33,251 bases of DNA from Dimargaris cristalligena. Taxonomy: Eukaryota. The first letter of the stretch is position 1, and each line of letters opens with the position of its first letter. Positions 1 through 12,760 of this stretch are shown one piece after another. Under the pieces are notes generated by a model that worked only from the letters and a program-made list of their open reading frames with translations, ran no database searches and was not told where the DNA came from. Position numbers and translations under genes: made by a program. The DNA is taken from contig ML002410.1 of assembly GCA_003614675.1 (NCBI GenBank), positions 1 through 33,251 of the forward strand, read 5' to 3'.

Positions 1-3000
1 TGGATTAGCCAATAGAAATATATAGAAATCAAAGGGAAAATTTGTATGGAAAGAATGGGTTAAAGGGGAGGGAAAAAAACTGGTTATACCAGAAAAAAAA
101 GCCACTTCATACCCTGCATAATAATAATAATAGTAATATAATTAGTGTGGCTTATAGGGGGATAGTACACCTTACCACACCAGTCCTAATGGGGCTGGGC
201 ATCATATATATTATCTTACTGACCAGACCCCCCCGGAGTTCACACTACCCACTCCTGGGTAATCTTAGTGTCTTCCAGTTCCCATGGAAGCTTCCGCTCA
301 TACAAGGACCACCCGGCCCTCCCTATCATTATCTTAGTTATGTAGTTTCCCCTCGGGACCTCCCTTGGAGTAGTCCCCCACATATATATAACTGGGACCC
401 CCATGGGGACCAGTTAATACCTTAGCTTATTCTTACCCCCCTTAGTTTACCTCCAATAAACTCTATATATGCTCACCCCCTTGTACTGACTAGTAAGTGT
501 GCATCAGTGCATGTCCCCTGCATACACATTAAACACTCACTTTATTAGGTTAGTACAGCCTGCCCTAATGCTAGCAGCCCACTTGGCCATGTCAATGCCC
601 CACCTACTGTTAGAAGCCTATCCCCAAGACTCTTGATGGACTAAGAGTAGTTAATTCAGGTGACAATTTACACACACACTTATGGTCATGTATATATATA
701 TACCTCTCATCCGGCCCTAAAATGGCAAGTTATCTTCAAGATAAGTTTTTATTATTCAGAATAAATATATATTTTAACTTCACCCAGTATTTACCCAGTA
801 TCAGCCGAAGACTTCAACTGGAAGTCGAGTTTACGATTTTCTTATTTCTTGTATTTAGTTCTTTACACCCAGTTTACTGAAGTAGCCACTGTGGCTCCTC
901 CAGCACCTAACTCTGACAACGGGAGTCTAGGATCGATTTGCGTGGAACATTTTCCACCATACCCCAGTTCAACCTCCAATAACAGCTCTGAGCAAATCTG
1001 TCTAGCCGAAGGTCCGTTTCCTGAGTTCTCCATGTTCCACCCAGGCACTGACCCCTTGAAACTAACGTCCGGTGGCCTTTCCAGCCCAAGAGGGAGTGGG
1101 ACGTCTAATCCCAGCCCTGGCCTCGGCTTGGGGGTACCCCAAATCACCGGCACAATAGTTATCATGCCCCAGTATTCTTCTTGTTGTCTAGTCAAGTGGT
1201 TTCATGAGCATTTACGATAAATGAATTTGTATCACAGTGTGCATTATATTATAATTAGGCACAATAAAATGGGCTTATGACCTAAGGTACTACCTCCCCC
1301 ACATCTGGCCCTACTATAGGACTGTTACCGAGTCTTTTGACAGGAGGCTTCTAAAAAATAAAAAAATTCATAACAATGCAGAAAAGCGGCCTGGACTTAC
1401 AGGTATGTTTTCATTCGAGGATAATCAGACCAGCCCTGATAACAAAACTCTTCATTATTATCCATCATGTCATATTCAGGGGAGATGAAGCTGCGTGTTG
1501 GTCATTGTAATGCACTGCCGATGTTTCTAACCTTACCTTACCGGATAGGTTTAACCACCAATTGAATAATCCCCATCCAGCCATAGTATTGCCATGGTCA
1601 AATAGTGCGCCCATAATGAACAGGACACACCTTTGTACCTTTAGTTATGGATGCAAATCCTGGATGAAATGAACATTGGCGATGACTATTCAGGGTACAA
1701 GTGGGATAGGCCACGCGAATTCAGTCGCTCTTTTTATTATTGTATTATGATTTCTGTGCGTACTAGGAAGGAAATGGTAGGTCTGAATAATGTATGTACT
1801 ATGATTTCATGAGTTCGATGGTATGCTACTATCCTGGAACAATATTCACCCTGTTGTAGGTATTTTGATTCTTCAGAATGATCCTACTGCTTTTGGATTG
1901 CTGGTACACCTGGGTGGATTTTTTTGGCTGCGCAAGGGCTAGCCTCTTTTTTTTTTGTGCCATAGTTTTGTCGCCTTCCTGGACAATGGGGTGCATACTG
2001 GGTTTATTATTGAATAGCTGACTAGTACACACCAGATAATAATGCGAATGTTAAGGTGGAAAGGTAGGCGAAAAAAAAAGCTCTAAATATAGCTTAGAAC
2101 AGCTCTGAAAATTCCCAGGCTGGCCTGTTTGGCGTCTTTTGTCTAGGGCTTCACAGGTCCGTTACCATAGTAAATTTACAATACCATTATCATATAAATG
2201 GATTATACTCAGGCTATCCCAGATATTGTTTCAAACTCGCGAAGCCTGGTACTGGATGTCATAGTATAAGCGAAATTCATTAGCAGATTCGTCACCGGCG
2301 AATATTGGTCTATGGATAGAAGTATACCCACACTAAACCCGACTAAACAGTCTATCGTGACTGCCCCAGTCGACATGTGGAGCGAAAAAGGAGCACTGTA
2401 CGGGCAATCTACCATACATATATTTCAGTTTAAGGGGCACCGCGCTGAAAGGACTATCTGATATTTCCATTAAAAGTAAAAAATGGTAAATGAAGCGAAA
2501 AGGATGCATACGAGAGGGAGTGTACCCGTCTCAACAGATAACCTGAACTATGTAGCCAGACGTAATGGCAATACTCGTTTTTCAGTCAACCGACGGTTGA
2601 ATTCGGGGATCCCTCCTGCATGGTCCACACTTTTGTCAAGCTGGACAGCCGGGCCGTGTTTGATGCCACCCTAAACAAGTGACTGGTCGCGGGGGCTTTG
2701 TTTATCCGAGCTACCCAAGGACAAGCGGGGAGGAAACCCTCTTATGGTCCATTTGATAAATGCCAGGGCGTCAATAGTTAAGCCTCCCAGTACGTGACAG
2801 AACACCCAACATCCCTCTGCTTCCCTCCACGCAGCACCACCACCACCACCATTATAATCATAATTACCACCAAGACGGAGCTGATGGGGTCGTTGATATG
2901 TGAATGATGTAGGGTCGCTTGCCAAGTGTTGGAATGGATGGCTGGACTTTGGCCAAGTTGGGCGGCAGGATACGTCAGCAGCCGCCACTATCAATTAGTT

Positions 3001-3926
3001 CCCACCGCCTGCGTCTATTATTGCCTTCAACGAACCTTCGGTTTGAACGACAGACATACCCCTCATAAAAAAACGGCGTATGCGCCCTCTAAACCCAATG
3101 GCTAGGCTTGGAATATCCGAAGAACAATGTCCGTAATTTTTAAGCCGATCCTGGCTAGGGAATATCATTTAATTGCCGGATATGCATAATGATGCAAGTC
3201 AATAAACGGCCGACTATCCTGGTCAATAAAAGGGAAGGCCGACCGAACCTACCGGGGGTATTCAATAGGGAGGAGTTGATGCTGACCCAGTGGTGGCTAA
3301 TTCAAACTAGACTATGCTGGTCGAGTGTTAAATTAGTTTATTTAATTTAAACAATCAGTACCACTCCCCAAATCTGCCCCTCCATAGTTAAGCTATCAGA
3401 TTTCTACTCGCCGCCCTCTTTTCCAGTATACCTTACCATGAGTAATGGAAGGAACTTGACTATACTTCATTCGAAGTACATGTGCTATACCCACCCCTGC
3501 CCAAATCGGGGCTTTACCAATCCCCTCTAAAACACCATACAATAATGAAATAGGATAAAAAGTGGATACTTCAGCCGCCCCGCGGAAGAAATGGGGAGTG
3601 CACAGTGGGTTTAGCAGGAGCGGATATTGCTGGACAATGCCTGCTTAACTCGCCCTTTTCCCCCTTAAGCTGCCCTTCACTCCTCAACATGCACGGCGTA
3701 CTATACTCCTTCGCACCGGTTTCCGACAAGGTCGACCGATATTAAATATAGCCCATACACTCCCGGCTCCGCTGGGGAGCGTTTCCTTGGTGGGGCCGAT
3801 AAGTCGCAACCGCCTAACACTCTAACCGAGGGTTAGCCTAACTGCCCCTCGTCAAGGACCCCGGTATCCGTACCATCTGATATCTCGACCAGGCACAGTC
3901 AAGAGGCGAAGGGGGGTAGAGGGGAT

Positions 3927-3933
3927 TATAAAA
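3927..3933 (+). promoter_or_regulatory. Putative TATA box of the 7TM gene
   Basis: TATAAAA followed by pyrimidine-rich sequence, about 380 nt upstream of the ATG at 4311. Confidence 0.4.
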
Positions 3934-4310
3934 CCGGGTAGCCTCCCTCGCCTTCGGTCACTAACACCTATTATGGTCACCCCTTCTTTTCATACTACCA
4001 ACCCTAATATTTTTATGCCCCTAACTTTATGTCTTTCCTTATAACTGTAACTATCATACATTTTTTTTATTTTGCAAATACCCATCACACCACTATTGAA
4101 AGGCCCTTTTTTAAATTTTATTATGATTTTAAACCCCTAGTACCTGTGATTTTTTAATACGTGACGAACCCTGGGATTTTTATATTAATTTCCACCTGGG
4201 CCTTTTGTCGATTCGGGCAATACCACCCACAATCCATATTACTTACCGCTCAGGATTATAGGCGCAGTAACAACCCCGAGCTTCTCGATATATTTGTAGA
4301 TAGTTTGAAC

Positions 4311-6871
4311 ATGCTGTTTTATTCTATAAAGAACCTTTTTTTGGTCTCCCTGCTTCTCAGTGCACTAGGCTTGGGCTATGCCGATTTTACCATCAAAGAA
4401 GGTATGATTGACCAGAGCACCCCTACCTTTCGATCCTATAGTCTATTTCAAAGCGCTGAATCGTTTTATCGATTTACTGGCACCATGGTCCCCATCACAG
4501 TCGGGCCCTCCTGTATATTATCCGAACATCTTCACCTTCGCCGGACACCTTCTGCTACCATCGGGGTGGTGAATTGGAAAGAAGCCAAGGCCAATGGCTG
4601 TCACCAAATCAAACAAGTAAGCCTAATTCTCCTCCGCCACGTATTCGGGATTCCTTTCCGGGCTGGATCTAATTGTTACTATGGGTTATCCCCTCCCCCC
4701 ATCCCCTAACGGTTAGCCGGGTGTAAATTTCCACCCGGTTATTATCCCAGTGACAGTCCCAAACTGTGGGTTTGGGGCAGTGGGCCTCCAATTCACACCG
4801 TGGGCGACCTTCATGGAGTGAACCCACTCAATCTCGGCTTCCTATTCGTTTATGTAGGCTTGGGTTTAACTGTGCGACTCTCCCCTTGGTACATAAGATG
4901 GCAAGCCTGTTATTTAGTCGCAGTACATCGCGCATGGATGGACTATGACCATGGTGCATAACCCATGCCAGACCCAAAACCCGAAAAATTCCGCCGTGCC
5001 CTACCACTAACCCAGCTATCTTATTTTTTGTTCCTATTCTGGTGGATTCGAACCTCTTATTAATTGATGGGTACTAGATTGTCCAGCAATTAGCCATCAT
5101 CAAGTCCAAACTCAAGGCCCAACTGCTACCCGATCTCGATGTGGTGATTATCTCGTCCCAGCGCATGTCAAACACGTACTTTGGCGGATTATACTCGGAA
5201 AGGTATGGTGATTACATTAGCGTGGTTCCCCAGAATCTCCGCTTGGTTATGGTAGGGGCAGACACGGGAGATGTGCTTAGTCATATCCTACGGGAGACCT
5301 ACTTTACGTCCAGGGAAATTATTATCGAGCTAACACAGGGTAAGTCGACCGCAGGTTACGTCAAACTTTCGCTCCTTCTTTTTTGGTTCCTTTTAATTTT
5401 GTTCAGATGGACACTAACCTGCTCCAACCCCATATGCATTCCCAAGCATCGTTTCATCCCATCTGTATTTCTCAGGCCAGTGAAATCGCCATTAGACTAA
5501 CTTGGATACCCATTAGCTATTTTACCTAACGAACCCCCTGTCCCTACAATGCCATAATCTACCCACTAGATCCGGGACCGTGGAACATCATGCTCAGGTC
5601 GAACTCCTTCAAAGTTTTACAAATCTTCTTTTTCGTGTTGATGATTTTTAACTTGATTTACGCGGCTCACCAGTTGGTCCGCCTCTTTGCCGAATCCGCG
5701 AAACGGGCCTTTATCCGACAGGTTATTCTGAGCGCCTCATTCTTCTATATCATCGTACTCATCATAGTCCCATCCAACTTAATCAACAGTCCCATCGGTC
5801 TGGTGTTTCAGTACCTGTCGTGGCTCTCGGGATACATCGCCTATTGCCTTTTGCTTATCTCCTGGTAAGTTGGCATAAATATAGAAATTATTAATACAGG
5901 GAAACGGGAGGGGGGGGTAATCCCCACCGGACTTTCACATCCCCATAAATCATGTAGGAAGCCATGCTTTTGGTGATAATTTTTTTCCACCCTATTCAAC
6001 CCCCGCTTCTAATCTATTTCACACCGTCTGTTGCTGGTGGTATTTGCCATGATTCGCACACACCATCATTACCCGCATCGAACTACACCATTTTAATTTT
6101 CTAGGGGACGTATTATCCGGGCTATCTACCGTAAGCAAATTTTTGTGGTCTTTTTCGTCCTCAACTACGTGGGCATGGCCTTTTTTACGCTCATCGTGAT
6201 CATATTGATTGGCGGAGTGGTAGCGGTTTTTCGACCCCTCTTAGTAGTCGCTGCCATCCTAATCGTCATTGTGGCCCCTGCGGTGTTTATACTGCAGGCT
6301 ATCAATCTACTGCTATTCGGGATCCTGTTTCTACGGATGATGCGGTCCATCAAACTAAACGTTGCGGTGTACAATGCCCTTCGCAAAGTAAGTGGATGGG
6401 CCAGGCCCATGGGACGAAATAGAAATATCGAGTGGATAAGACTATGGCTATTCAGAGACCCATTTAAACAGAATTCTAAGATGAAGGCCAAGTAGCAACG
6501 CTGTTCTTGCCATCATCTCTACCATACCCATACTAACCCAGTACCCTCCATTATTTTATTTTCTGAACACACTCCTCCCATTTTAAACGTCGAACCTCCC
6601 CGGTATTCATATTTCGCAGCTCACATTTCTCGCCTTCTTGACCTTTGTTGGGTGGTCAATGGAGGTGTTCACTGCGGTAAGCATAATGACCCGCATTGCA
6701 TCAACACCGACTGGCTACCTGTGTAGTAGCGCCGCCTACAAACTAGCCAGTATATTTCTTTTTGGCATCGTGTTTTGGGTGATTAACATTGAAAACCGAA
6801 TGGAGGCGGAGAACCCAACCCTATCCCAAATCACGCTCTCCGAGCATTCCAGTTCCGTTCCCCCCGCTTAG
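4311..6871 (+). CDS. GPCR-like membrane protein: signal peptide, extracellular domain and seven transmembrane helices, 465 aa, 5 exons
   Basis: Manual splicing gives exons 4311-4616, 5078-5339, 5570-5864, 6105-6387 and 6620-6871. Donors are GTAAGC/GTAAGT and acceptors TAG/CAG. The total of 1398 nt is one open frame ending in TAG and joins five separate ORF-track fragments. It has a hydrophobic N-terminus (LFLVSLLLSALGLGYA), an ectodomain ending at DPGPWN, and then seven hydrophobic segments. Confidence 0.85.
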
Positions 6872-9800
6872 CTCGTTTAAAATTGGATTTAGCTGTCATT
6901 AAAGAGATATAGTCGCTTTAAACAACAAGGCTACTCCATCTAGCCACAGACTAGGGGGGCTTGTTATGGGTGATGAGATGTGATAATATACGCTTAAGTT
7001 GGTACATTGCCTTGCGTCCGATATTGGCAATCAAGCAAACCAAACAAAGATTTTATAATTGTCCGCCTAATGGAGCGGCCCGAATCAGATAGGCTCATGC
7101 TAGCCACTTTCAAGTGCCGTTTTCCAATTCGGAGGGGTACCGCCGATATTAGCAGAGTCACCTGAAGGGACCAATTTTTTCGGTGGGAGGTAGTGGTGGT
7201 GGGTGACCAACTTCCGCTGGCCCCCACTATTGTTCAAAAGATAAAACACCGGGTTTACTTTTAAGGCCCGAATGGAGTCAACCCTGTGATCCATCCCAAT
7301 TAGGGCAGGTGTGGTACATTCAAATCAATGGCCTTAAGCTGGATTCGTCGTCTTACCGACTCGGGGATTGGTATACTGGCCCACCTCAGCCTTCCCATGA
7401 CTTAAGCTGGCTGTTAATGCCAATCATTGAACGTGGGGCCTCTCCAAATCTAGGGACCTTTCCTCTCCTCGGGAGCTAAATCAGGTCGGGAGCAGCCTGG
7501 ATTGGATAAATGAGGGAAGAGGAGGGGGATGTCGGTGAGGGCATATGGGCGTATGAACACATTGACGGACATCCCTCATTCTACGTAATGCCCCCTCCCC
7601 CACCTTAGGCTCGACTATTCCGCGAAAATGACTGGCTTGGTCGAGTACCGCGAGAATGTCCTAATGAGACGGTGGCTTTAGCGTATGATGCCGGCTTATC
7701 TATTTTATAACCGACCAAAACGCTAGTGCGTTAGTGCTTTTATGCACCTGGTCTAACTTGGGTGCATATGTGTATTCACGAATACATCTGCAAAGCCTCA
7801 TTGGAGGCCCTCGAATTCGCCAGGGCACCCCTCCACATCCTCTATATTGGAGTTGGGCGAGGCCGAGGCTAGATAAGTTGAAGCCTGTAGAACCGATTTT
7901 CCCGTGGTTAATTGCCAAGGACCAGCTTTGTCAAAGATACATATAAGCACCGTTTAGTTGTTATTAAACTACTACAAGGCCGGTGAGGCTTGCACCTGGG
8001 CGAATGGGATATGCAGACGTCTCCTCGCCCTAATGACTGATTATGGCTCTGGATACACGCCCTCTCCCTGGCACATATGCGACGCTAACTCGCCAAATCT
8101 AGAAAACCCAATCTATACGGCTGAACCACGGAGGTCTTTGTCAAACCGGTTGACCCATTGCACCTTCTCGGGCTAAGGGTGGACAAAGTGGTTCTGCAGC
8201 GACCATGTCGCCATAGATAGTCGGCTGTGTGGGCCTCTTTATAGAGTCGTTGGGCACCTACATTGTAACAATGCCACCCTGCTGTGAAATGCACCCTGGG
8301 TTCGAAATGTACTAATTCCATTACTCTTTACGGCAACCTTGTGATGGATTTCTATAGTGGAGTTGTTCCTTTAGGTTTGGTACTTGGCGAACACCCAGTC
8401 TCCGACGAGCCACCGGACACTTGGACAAGTTATCTGTTGTTTCTCACACGTATTAACCCTAGTATCCCCCCCCCATGTATGGATATCTGTATGGTATGTA
8501 CTTCTCCAGCCGGAGATTCCTATCTACGACTTTACAATACAATACCTACACTTTACAATACCCTTCTCGTTCTATTATTCCTAATGACCAGTACCGCCCG
8601 CTTTTCACCACAGCTGGAGTGCCGTTTGATTTCCCGTGTTATCTAATGGGCGGGAAATGAGAGCACAAACTTCAATTAGATAACGGAAATTTCCCTTCGT
8701 GTTTTCTCTTTAGTACTATACACTCTGGGCCCTTGATTCGCCCATGGGTTCCATTTGAAATAGCCCACCCACCACCACTCACCGATCGCTAACCCTTTCT
8801 CTCTTCCTCTCACCATCTCCCTGTTTAGACAGTAGTACCAATAGTCATTTTATAATAATCTGAGTTGATTCCCAAGTACAACAGAGTTCTACTTTTAAAG
8901 AAAAATACCATCTAGGGAAGGTGGAAGAGGGCCTTTTTGGGCATAAACCATTAACTACAGTGAATGATTGGTATGCAGCATTACGTACATCTCTGTACCA
9001 AATGACCGGCCTAACGGTAACTGGGTTTGCCGTTATCTATTCAGGGGAAATACCAATTCCAAGAGATGAAATAATTCGTGCAGCCCAAGCTAGTGTGTAA
9101 ATCGAGTTGGCTTTATTGACTTGACCGAATAACAGAAATGAGGGCAGGGGGGAGGGGGTTGAAAGGGAAGGGACAGTTGTATCATCTACTCACCATCTTG
9201 GCCGTTGCTGTTGCTTCAAGTGATACGCAACTTAGATAGATAAACAAAGGATAGGTGGACATGGCAGCGCGATAATGGCCATTCCTTCTTCTCGCCCGTA
9301 CACTAATAACCGCCTAATTACCGTTAATAGACTAAGTGGGAGGCCGTGAAATCTACAGCCGAAGATTGGCCACTTTGGGGGTTTTAGGGGGCAGGTGTGG
9401 TGTCGGGCTGCCAACGTGACGTTCTAGCATTTAACTTACTAGCGAAATATCCCGACAGTCATACAGAAACATAATCTACAGGTGTAGTATTGCGGCTCTA
9501 CAAGGCTTAAAAAATCATGCGGACCAACCCTTATTTCCTTGGCGCATTTTATTATTAAAATAGCGGACTCGGAAATGCGTAGGATGTGGAAAATGGGGGA
9601 GGGGAGGAGGGGGGGTGAGCAGCGGGGGATTGGGATGCGGAAAACCCAAAAGCATGAAAGGAAAGAACCTTTTGGGATAATACAACCGTTATCTCTAGCT
9701 CGGTGTTATCTATCCACTCTCTCCCTCCCTTTTAGTCATATGACCAGGGCTTGGATTCAGCGGGCGAGCCAATGGATGCAACTAACATGTGCCAGTAGAT

Positions 9801-9999
9801 TGGTCACGGGACCAATGACCAAGGCAGGCGGAGACTGCTATTTTACGAGAGAAATAAGCAAAGTATGGTAGAGAGGGAAAAGCGAGATGGGAGGGGGCTT
9901 GAGATCACATTACTACCATAGAATGCCCAAAGATATAGTCCACATCTAGCGTTCCCGTCGTCATATAGGAGACCTCGTGAGGGAGAACGGTTGAGCTCC

Positions 10000-10006
10000 T
10001 ATAAAA
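10000..10006 (+). promoter_or_regulatory. Putative TATA box of the carnitine acetyltransferase gene
   Basis: TATAAAA about 300 nt upstream of the ATG at 10307, followed by a (CA)n and pyrimidine-rich leader. Confidence 0.45.
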
Positions 10007-10306
10007 GGCCATACGACCGCACCATGGCTTTTCCCCATCAGTCACACACACACACACACATACTCACCTCTTCTTATACCATACCTGCTCGCTTGGCGGT
10101 AGCAGTAGCACCTATTTAACTCCTTGGCACACTTCCCACCCTTTCGTATAGCCCTGTAACCCCTACTCCGCTTTCACATTTAACCTACCTGTTTTATTAT
10201 TGAATCCCCCCTCCTTATCTATACATATCAGATAGATATATATTTATATTTTTAGCATTCCCCGTGTTTCGGTCTCACTTTCATCACATAGCATATACCG
10301 CCCACC

Positions 10307-12760
10307 ATGACTGTCCCTTTAACCTCCTCCACCACCCCCCTCCCCGCCCTGCCCCTCCCGGACCTGGCCCAAACTTGCGAGCGGTACCTTTCCTCCGTCC
10401 GCCCCCTGGTTTCTGACGAAGCCTACCAGCGCACCGAACAGGCGGTGGCTGAGTTCCTAGCCTCCGAAGAAGGAGAAGGCCCCGGTGCCGTATTACAACA
10501 CCGCCTGGCCGCCCACAAAGACCGGGTCGACGCCGACCCCGCCTGCCGGAACTGGCTCGAGGCCTGGTGGAACGAATACGCCTATTTCTCCAACCGCGTC
10601 TCCAACTGTTTCTACGTCAATTTCTTCTTCGGTCTCCGGGACGACCCCCGCAACCCTAGTCAGCTCCAACGCGCCGCTTCCTTGACGCAGGCCGCATTGC
10701 AGTTCCGTCGCCAAGTGGTACGCAATGAACTAACCCCCGATAAAGTCCGTACTACCCTGCTATGCATGTTCCAGTACCGCTATTTGTTTAATACGTGTCG
10801 GTACCCGGCTACCCCTTTGGATTACACCCGGCGGCATGAGGCCCCGACTGGTACGCCGGATTATACGCACATTGCCGTCACCTGCCGGGGGCAGGTCTAC
10901 GTCATGGATACGGTGCACCCGGCAGCCACTGCAGAAGAAGAGCCGGTGCCCTTGTCGATGGATGAACTAGCCCAGCGGTTCGCTCACCTCCAGGCCCACG
11001 CCATCCATACCCAGAAGCTGGTAGCAACATCCAACGACCATAGTAATGGTAGCGGTAGTAGCCATGGTATCAGTATCCTGACCAGTGGCACCCGCGACCA
11101 ATGGGCGGCCGACCGTACGGCTCTGTTGGCCGTGGACCCGGCTAACGCCGACCACCTATTCCGCCTCGAGAGTGCCGCTTTCCTGGTGGCCTTGGAAGAC
11201 GAAGCCTATCCCGCCACCCGCGAAGAGTTCGCCCGGGAGTGCTGGCACGGTAAGACCGGCGAGAATCGTTTCCACGACAAGTGTTTCCAGCTACTGGTGT
11301 TCGGTAACGGCCGCGCTGGATTCAGTGGCGAACACTCGCTGTCTGACGGCACCACAGCCCTGCGCCTGTGCCGCTACTTGCTCACTGAGGAAGAAGCGGC
11401 CCCCCTAGCCCAAGTACCGGGCCCCGGAGATGAGGGACCATCAGCCACGGGGTTTGCCCACCTGGCCCTGGCCGTAGACCCGGCAGTGGCGGACCGGATC
11501 CGCCGGGCCCACGTCCGGTTCCAGGCCGAAGTGGCGGCCCACCAAGTGGGCGTCCTGGAATTCGATACGTTTGGTAAGGACCGCATCAAGAAACTGCGCT
11601 GCAGTCCCGATGCCTTTGTCCAAATGGCGATCCAGCTCGCTTACTACCGCATGCACGGTACCTGCCGGGCCACCTACGAATCAACGGCCACGAAGAAGTA
11701 CTCGCACGGACGTACGGAGACGGCGCGGTCGGTCTCTATGGATGCCCTTCGGTTCGTGCAAGCCATGGACCAACCTCTCCGTACCGCCAACGAAAACGGC
11801 AACGTAACCGAGGAACCCGTTGATCGGGCGGCCCTGTGCCAAGTGGCCATCGCCACCCACTCCCGAGCCATTGCCCAGTGCGCCGACGGGGCCGGGATTG
11901 ACCGACACTTACTCGGGCTCAAGTTCTGCCTGCGGGCGGACGAGTCCGTGCCGGCCCTATTCGCCGACCCCAGCTTCAGTACCACCAACCACTGGTACCT
12001 GTCCACCTCGCAAATCTCGGACGAATTAATCGAGGAATACGGCTGGGGCGAAGTGGTCCCCGACGGCTACGGCATTGCCTACATGATCAAGGAAAAGAGC
12101 CTCCACTTCAACGTGGCCGCCCTGGCACCCATGCGCGCCAAAGCCCTGGCCCACCATCTGCAACTAGCCTTGGTGGATATGTACGCGCTGCTCAGTAACG
12201 ACCACTCCCTTCCCCGATCGATGGAAGTGCCGGTTACCATCGCCAGTGAAGACCAGACCATGGCCAACTCGGCTACTTATCTGGCCTCGCTTCTGAGCGT
12301 CCTGGACCAACCCATCCCGGTCCTGGACCTCGAAAAGGCCATGGCTACGGTCCAAGTAGACGGTGAACTGGTGGACCATGCCCATGTTCTTGCCCACCGG
12401 GGCTCGGCCACTTCGTTTGATACGGCATCATTGACCTCCAGTTTATCGGACGACGGTGGCATATCGCTCTCCCCTACCAGCAGCGGCCTTAACTCACCGG
12501 TAACTTCGGAAGCCACCCCGACTACCAAGGATGCCGAATCCCACCAGCACCAGCAACATCATCAACATGCCCACAAGTCGTCCGGCGCCACCCTGGTGGG
12601 CAATAATGACTTGCCGGAAGATAAGCTGGGCGGCCGATCCTCCCTCAAGGTGGAATCGACCCGGCTGACTTTCCTAGAGAAGGTGATGGGTTTTTCGTTT
12701 GAGACCAATTACTTCCGACGGGCACGTGCGGCTGCGGCCAATGCAACTTCTGACCACTAG
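10307..12760 (+). CDS. YAT1: Carnitine O-acetyltransferase (choline/carnitine acyltransferase family), Yat1/FacC-like, 817 aa, intronless
   Basis: Family motifs are present: LPALPLPDLAQTCERYL, NWLEAWW, NRFHDK, catalytic GEHSLSDG, SPDAFVQMAIQLAYY, YESTATKKYSHGRTE, LSTSQ and GWGEVVPDGYGIAY. It has no PTS1 (ends TSDH) and carries a long C-terminal extension, consistent with the Yat1/FacC type. The subtype is an inference. Confidence 0.95.
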   Translation: MTVPLTSSTTPLPALPLPDLAQTCERYLSSVRPLVSDEAYQRTEQAVAEFLASEEGEGPGAVLQHRLAAHKDRVDADPACRNWLEAWWNEYAYFSNRVSNCFYVNFFFGLRDDPRNPSQLQRAASLTQAALQFRRQVVRNELTPDKVRTTLLCMFQYRYLFNTCRYPATPLDYTRRHEAPTGTPDYTHIAVTCRGQVYVMDTVHPAATAEEEPVPLSMDELAQRFAHLQAHAIHTQKLVATSNDHSNGSGSSHGISILTSGTRDQWAADRTALLAVDPANADHLFRLESAAFLVALEDEAYPATREEFARECWHGKTGENRFHDKCFQLLVFGNGRAGFSGEHSLSDGTTALRLCRYLLTEEEAAPLAQVPGPGDEGPSATGFAHLALAVDPAVADRIRRAHVRFQAEVAAHQVGVLEFDTFGKDRIKKLRCSPDAFVQMAIQLAYYRMHGTCRATYESTATKKYSHGRTETARSVSMDALRFVQAMDQPLRTANENGNVTEEPVDRAALCQVAIATHSRAIAQCADGAGIDRHLLGLKFCLRADESVPALFADPSFSTTNHWYLSTSQISDELIEEYGWGEVVPDGYGIAYMIKEKSLHFNVAALAPMRAKALAHHLQLALVDMYALLSNDHSLPRSMEVPVTIASEDQTMANSATYLASLLSVLDQPIPVLDLEKAMATVQVDGELVDHAHVLAHRGSATSFDTASLTSSLSDDGGISLSPTSSGLNSPVTSEATPTTKDAESHQHQQHHQHAHKSSGATLVGNNDLPEDKLGGRSSLKVESTRLTFLEKVMGFSFETNYFRRARAAAANATSDH

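Noticed and set aside
849-1220. Overlapping 110-123 aa ORFs on both strands, with a small hairpin near 810 and recurring ACCCAGT
   Set aside because: Non-ATG starts, no recognisable domain or splice structure, and the repeats are short and irregular, so this is not an array.
1740-1795. ATGATT...CTGA with short flanking complementarity
   Set aside because: Too short for a C/D snoRNA, and no rRNA complement was recognised.
5041-5056. GGTTCGAATCC (tRNA T-loop/B-box) on the minus strand
   Set aside because: No cloverleaf can be built, and the upstream part would overlap exon 2 of the 7TM gene.
7700-8660. Cluster of short ORFs with some splice-like signals (donor near 7984, acceptor near 8102)
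   Set aside because: I could not assemble a continuous or recognisable protein. A divergent gene or pseudogene remains possible.
10485-12528. Numerous antisense and alternate-frame ORFs inside the carnitine acetyltransferase, likewise within the 16.3, 18, 24 and 27.5 kb genes
   Set aside because: Shadow ORFs expected from GC-rich codon usage.
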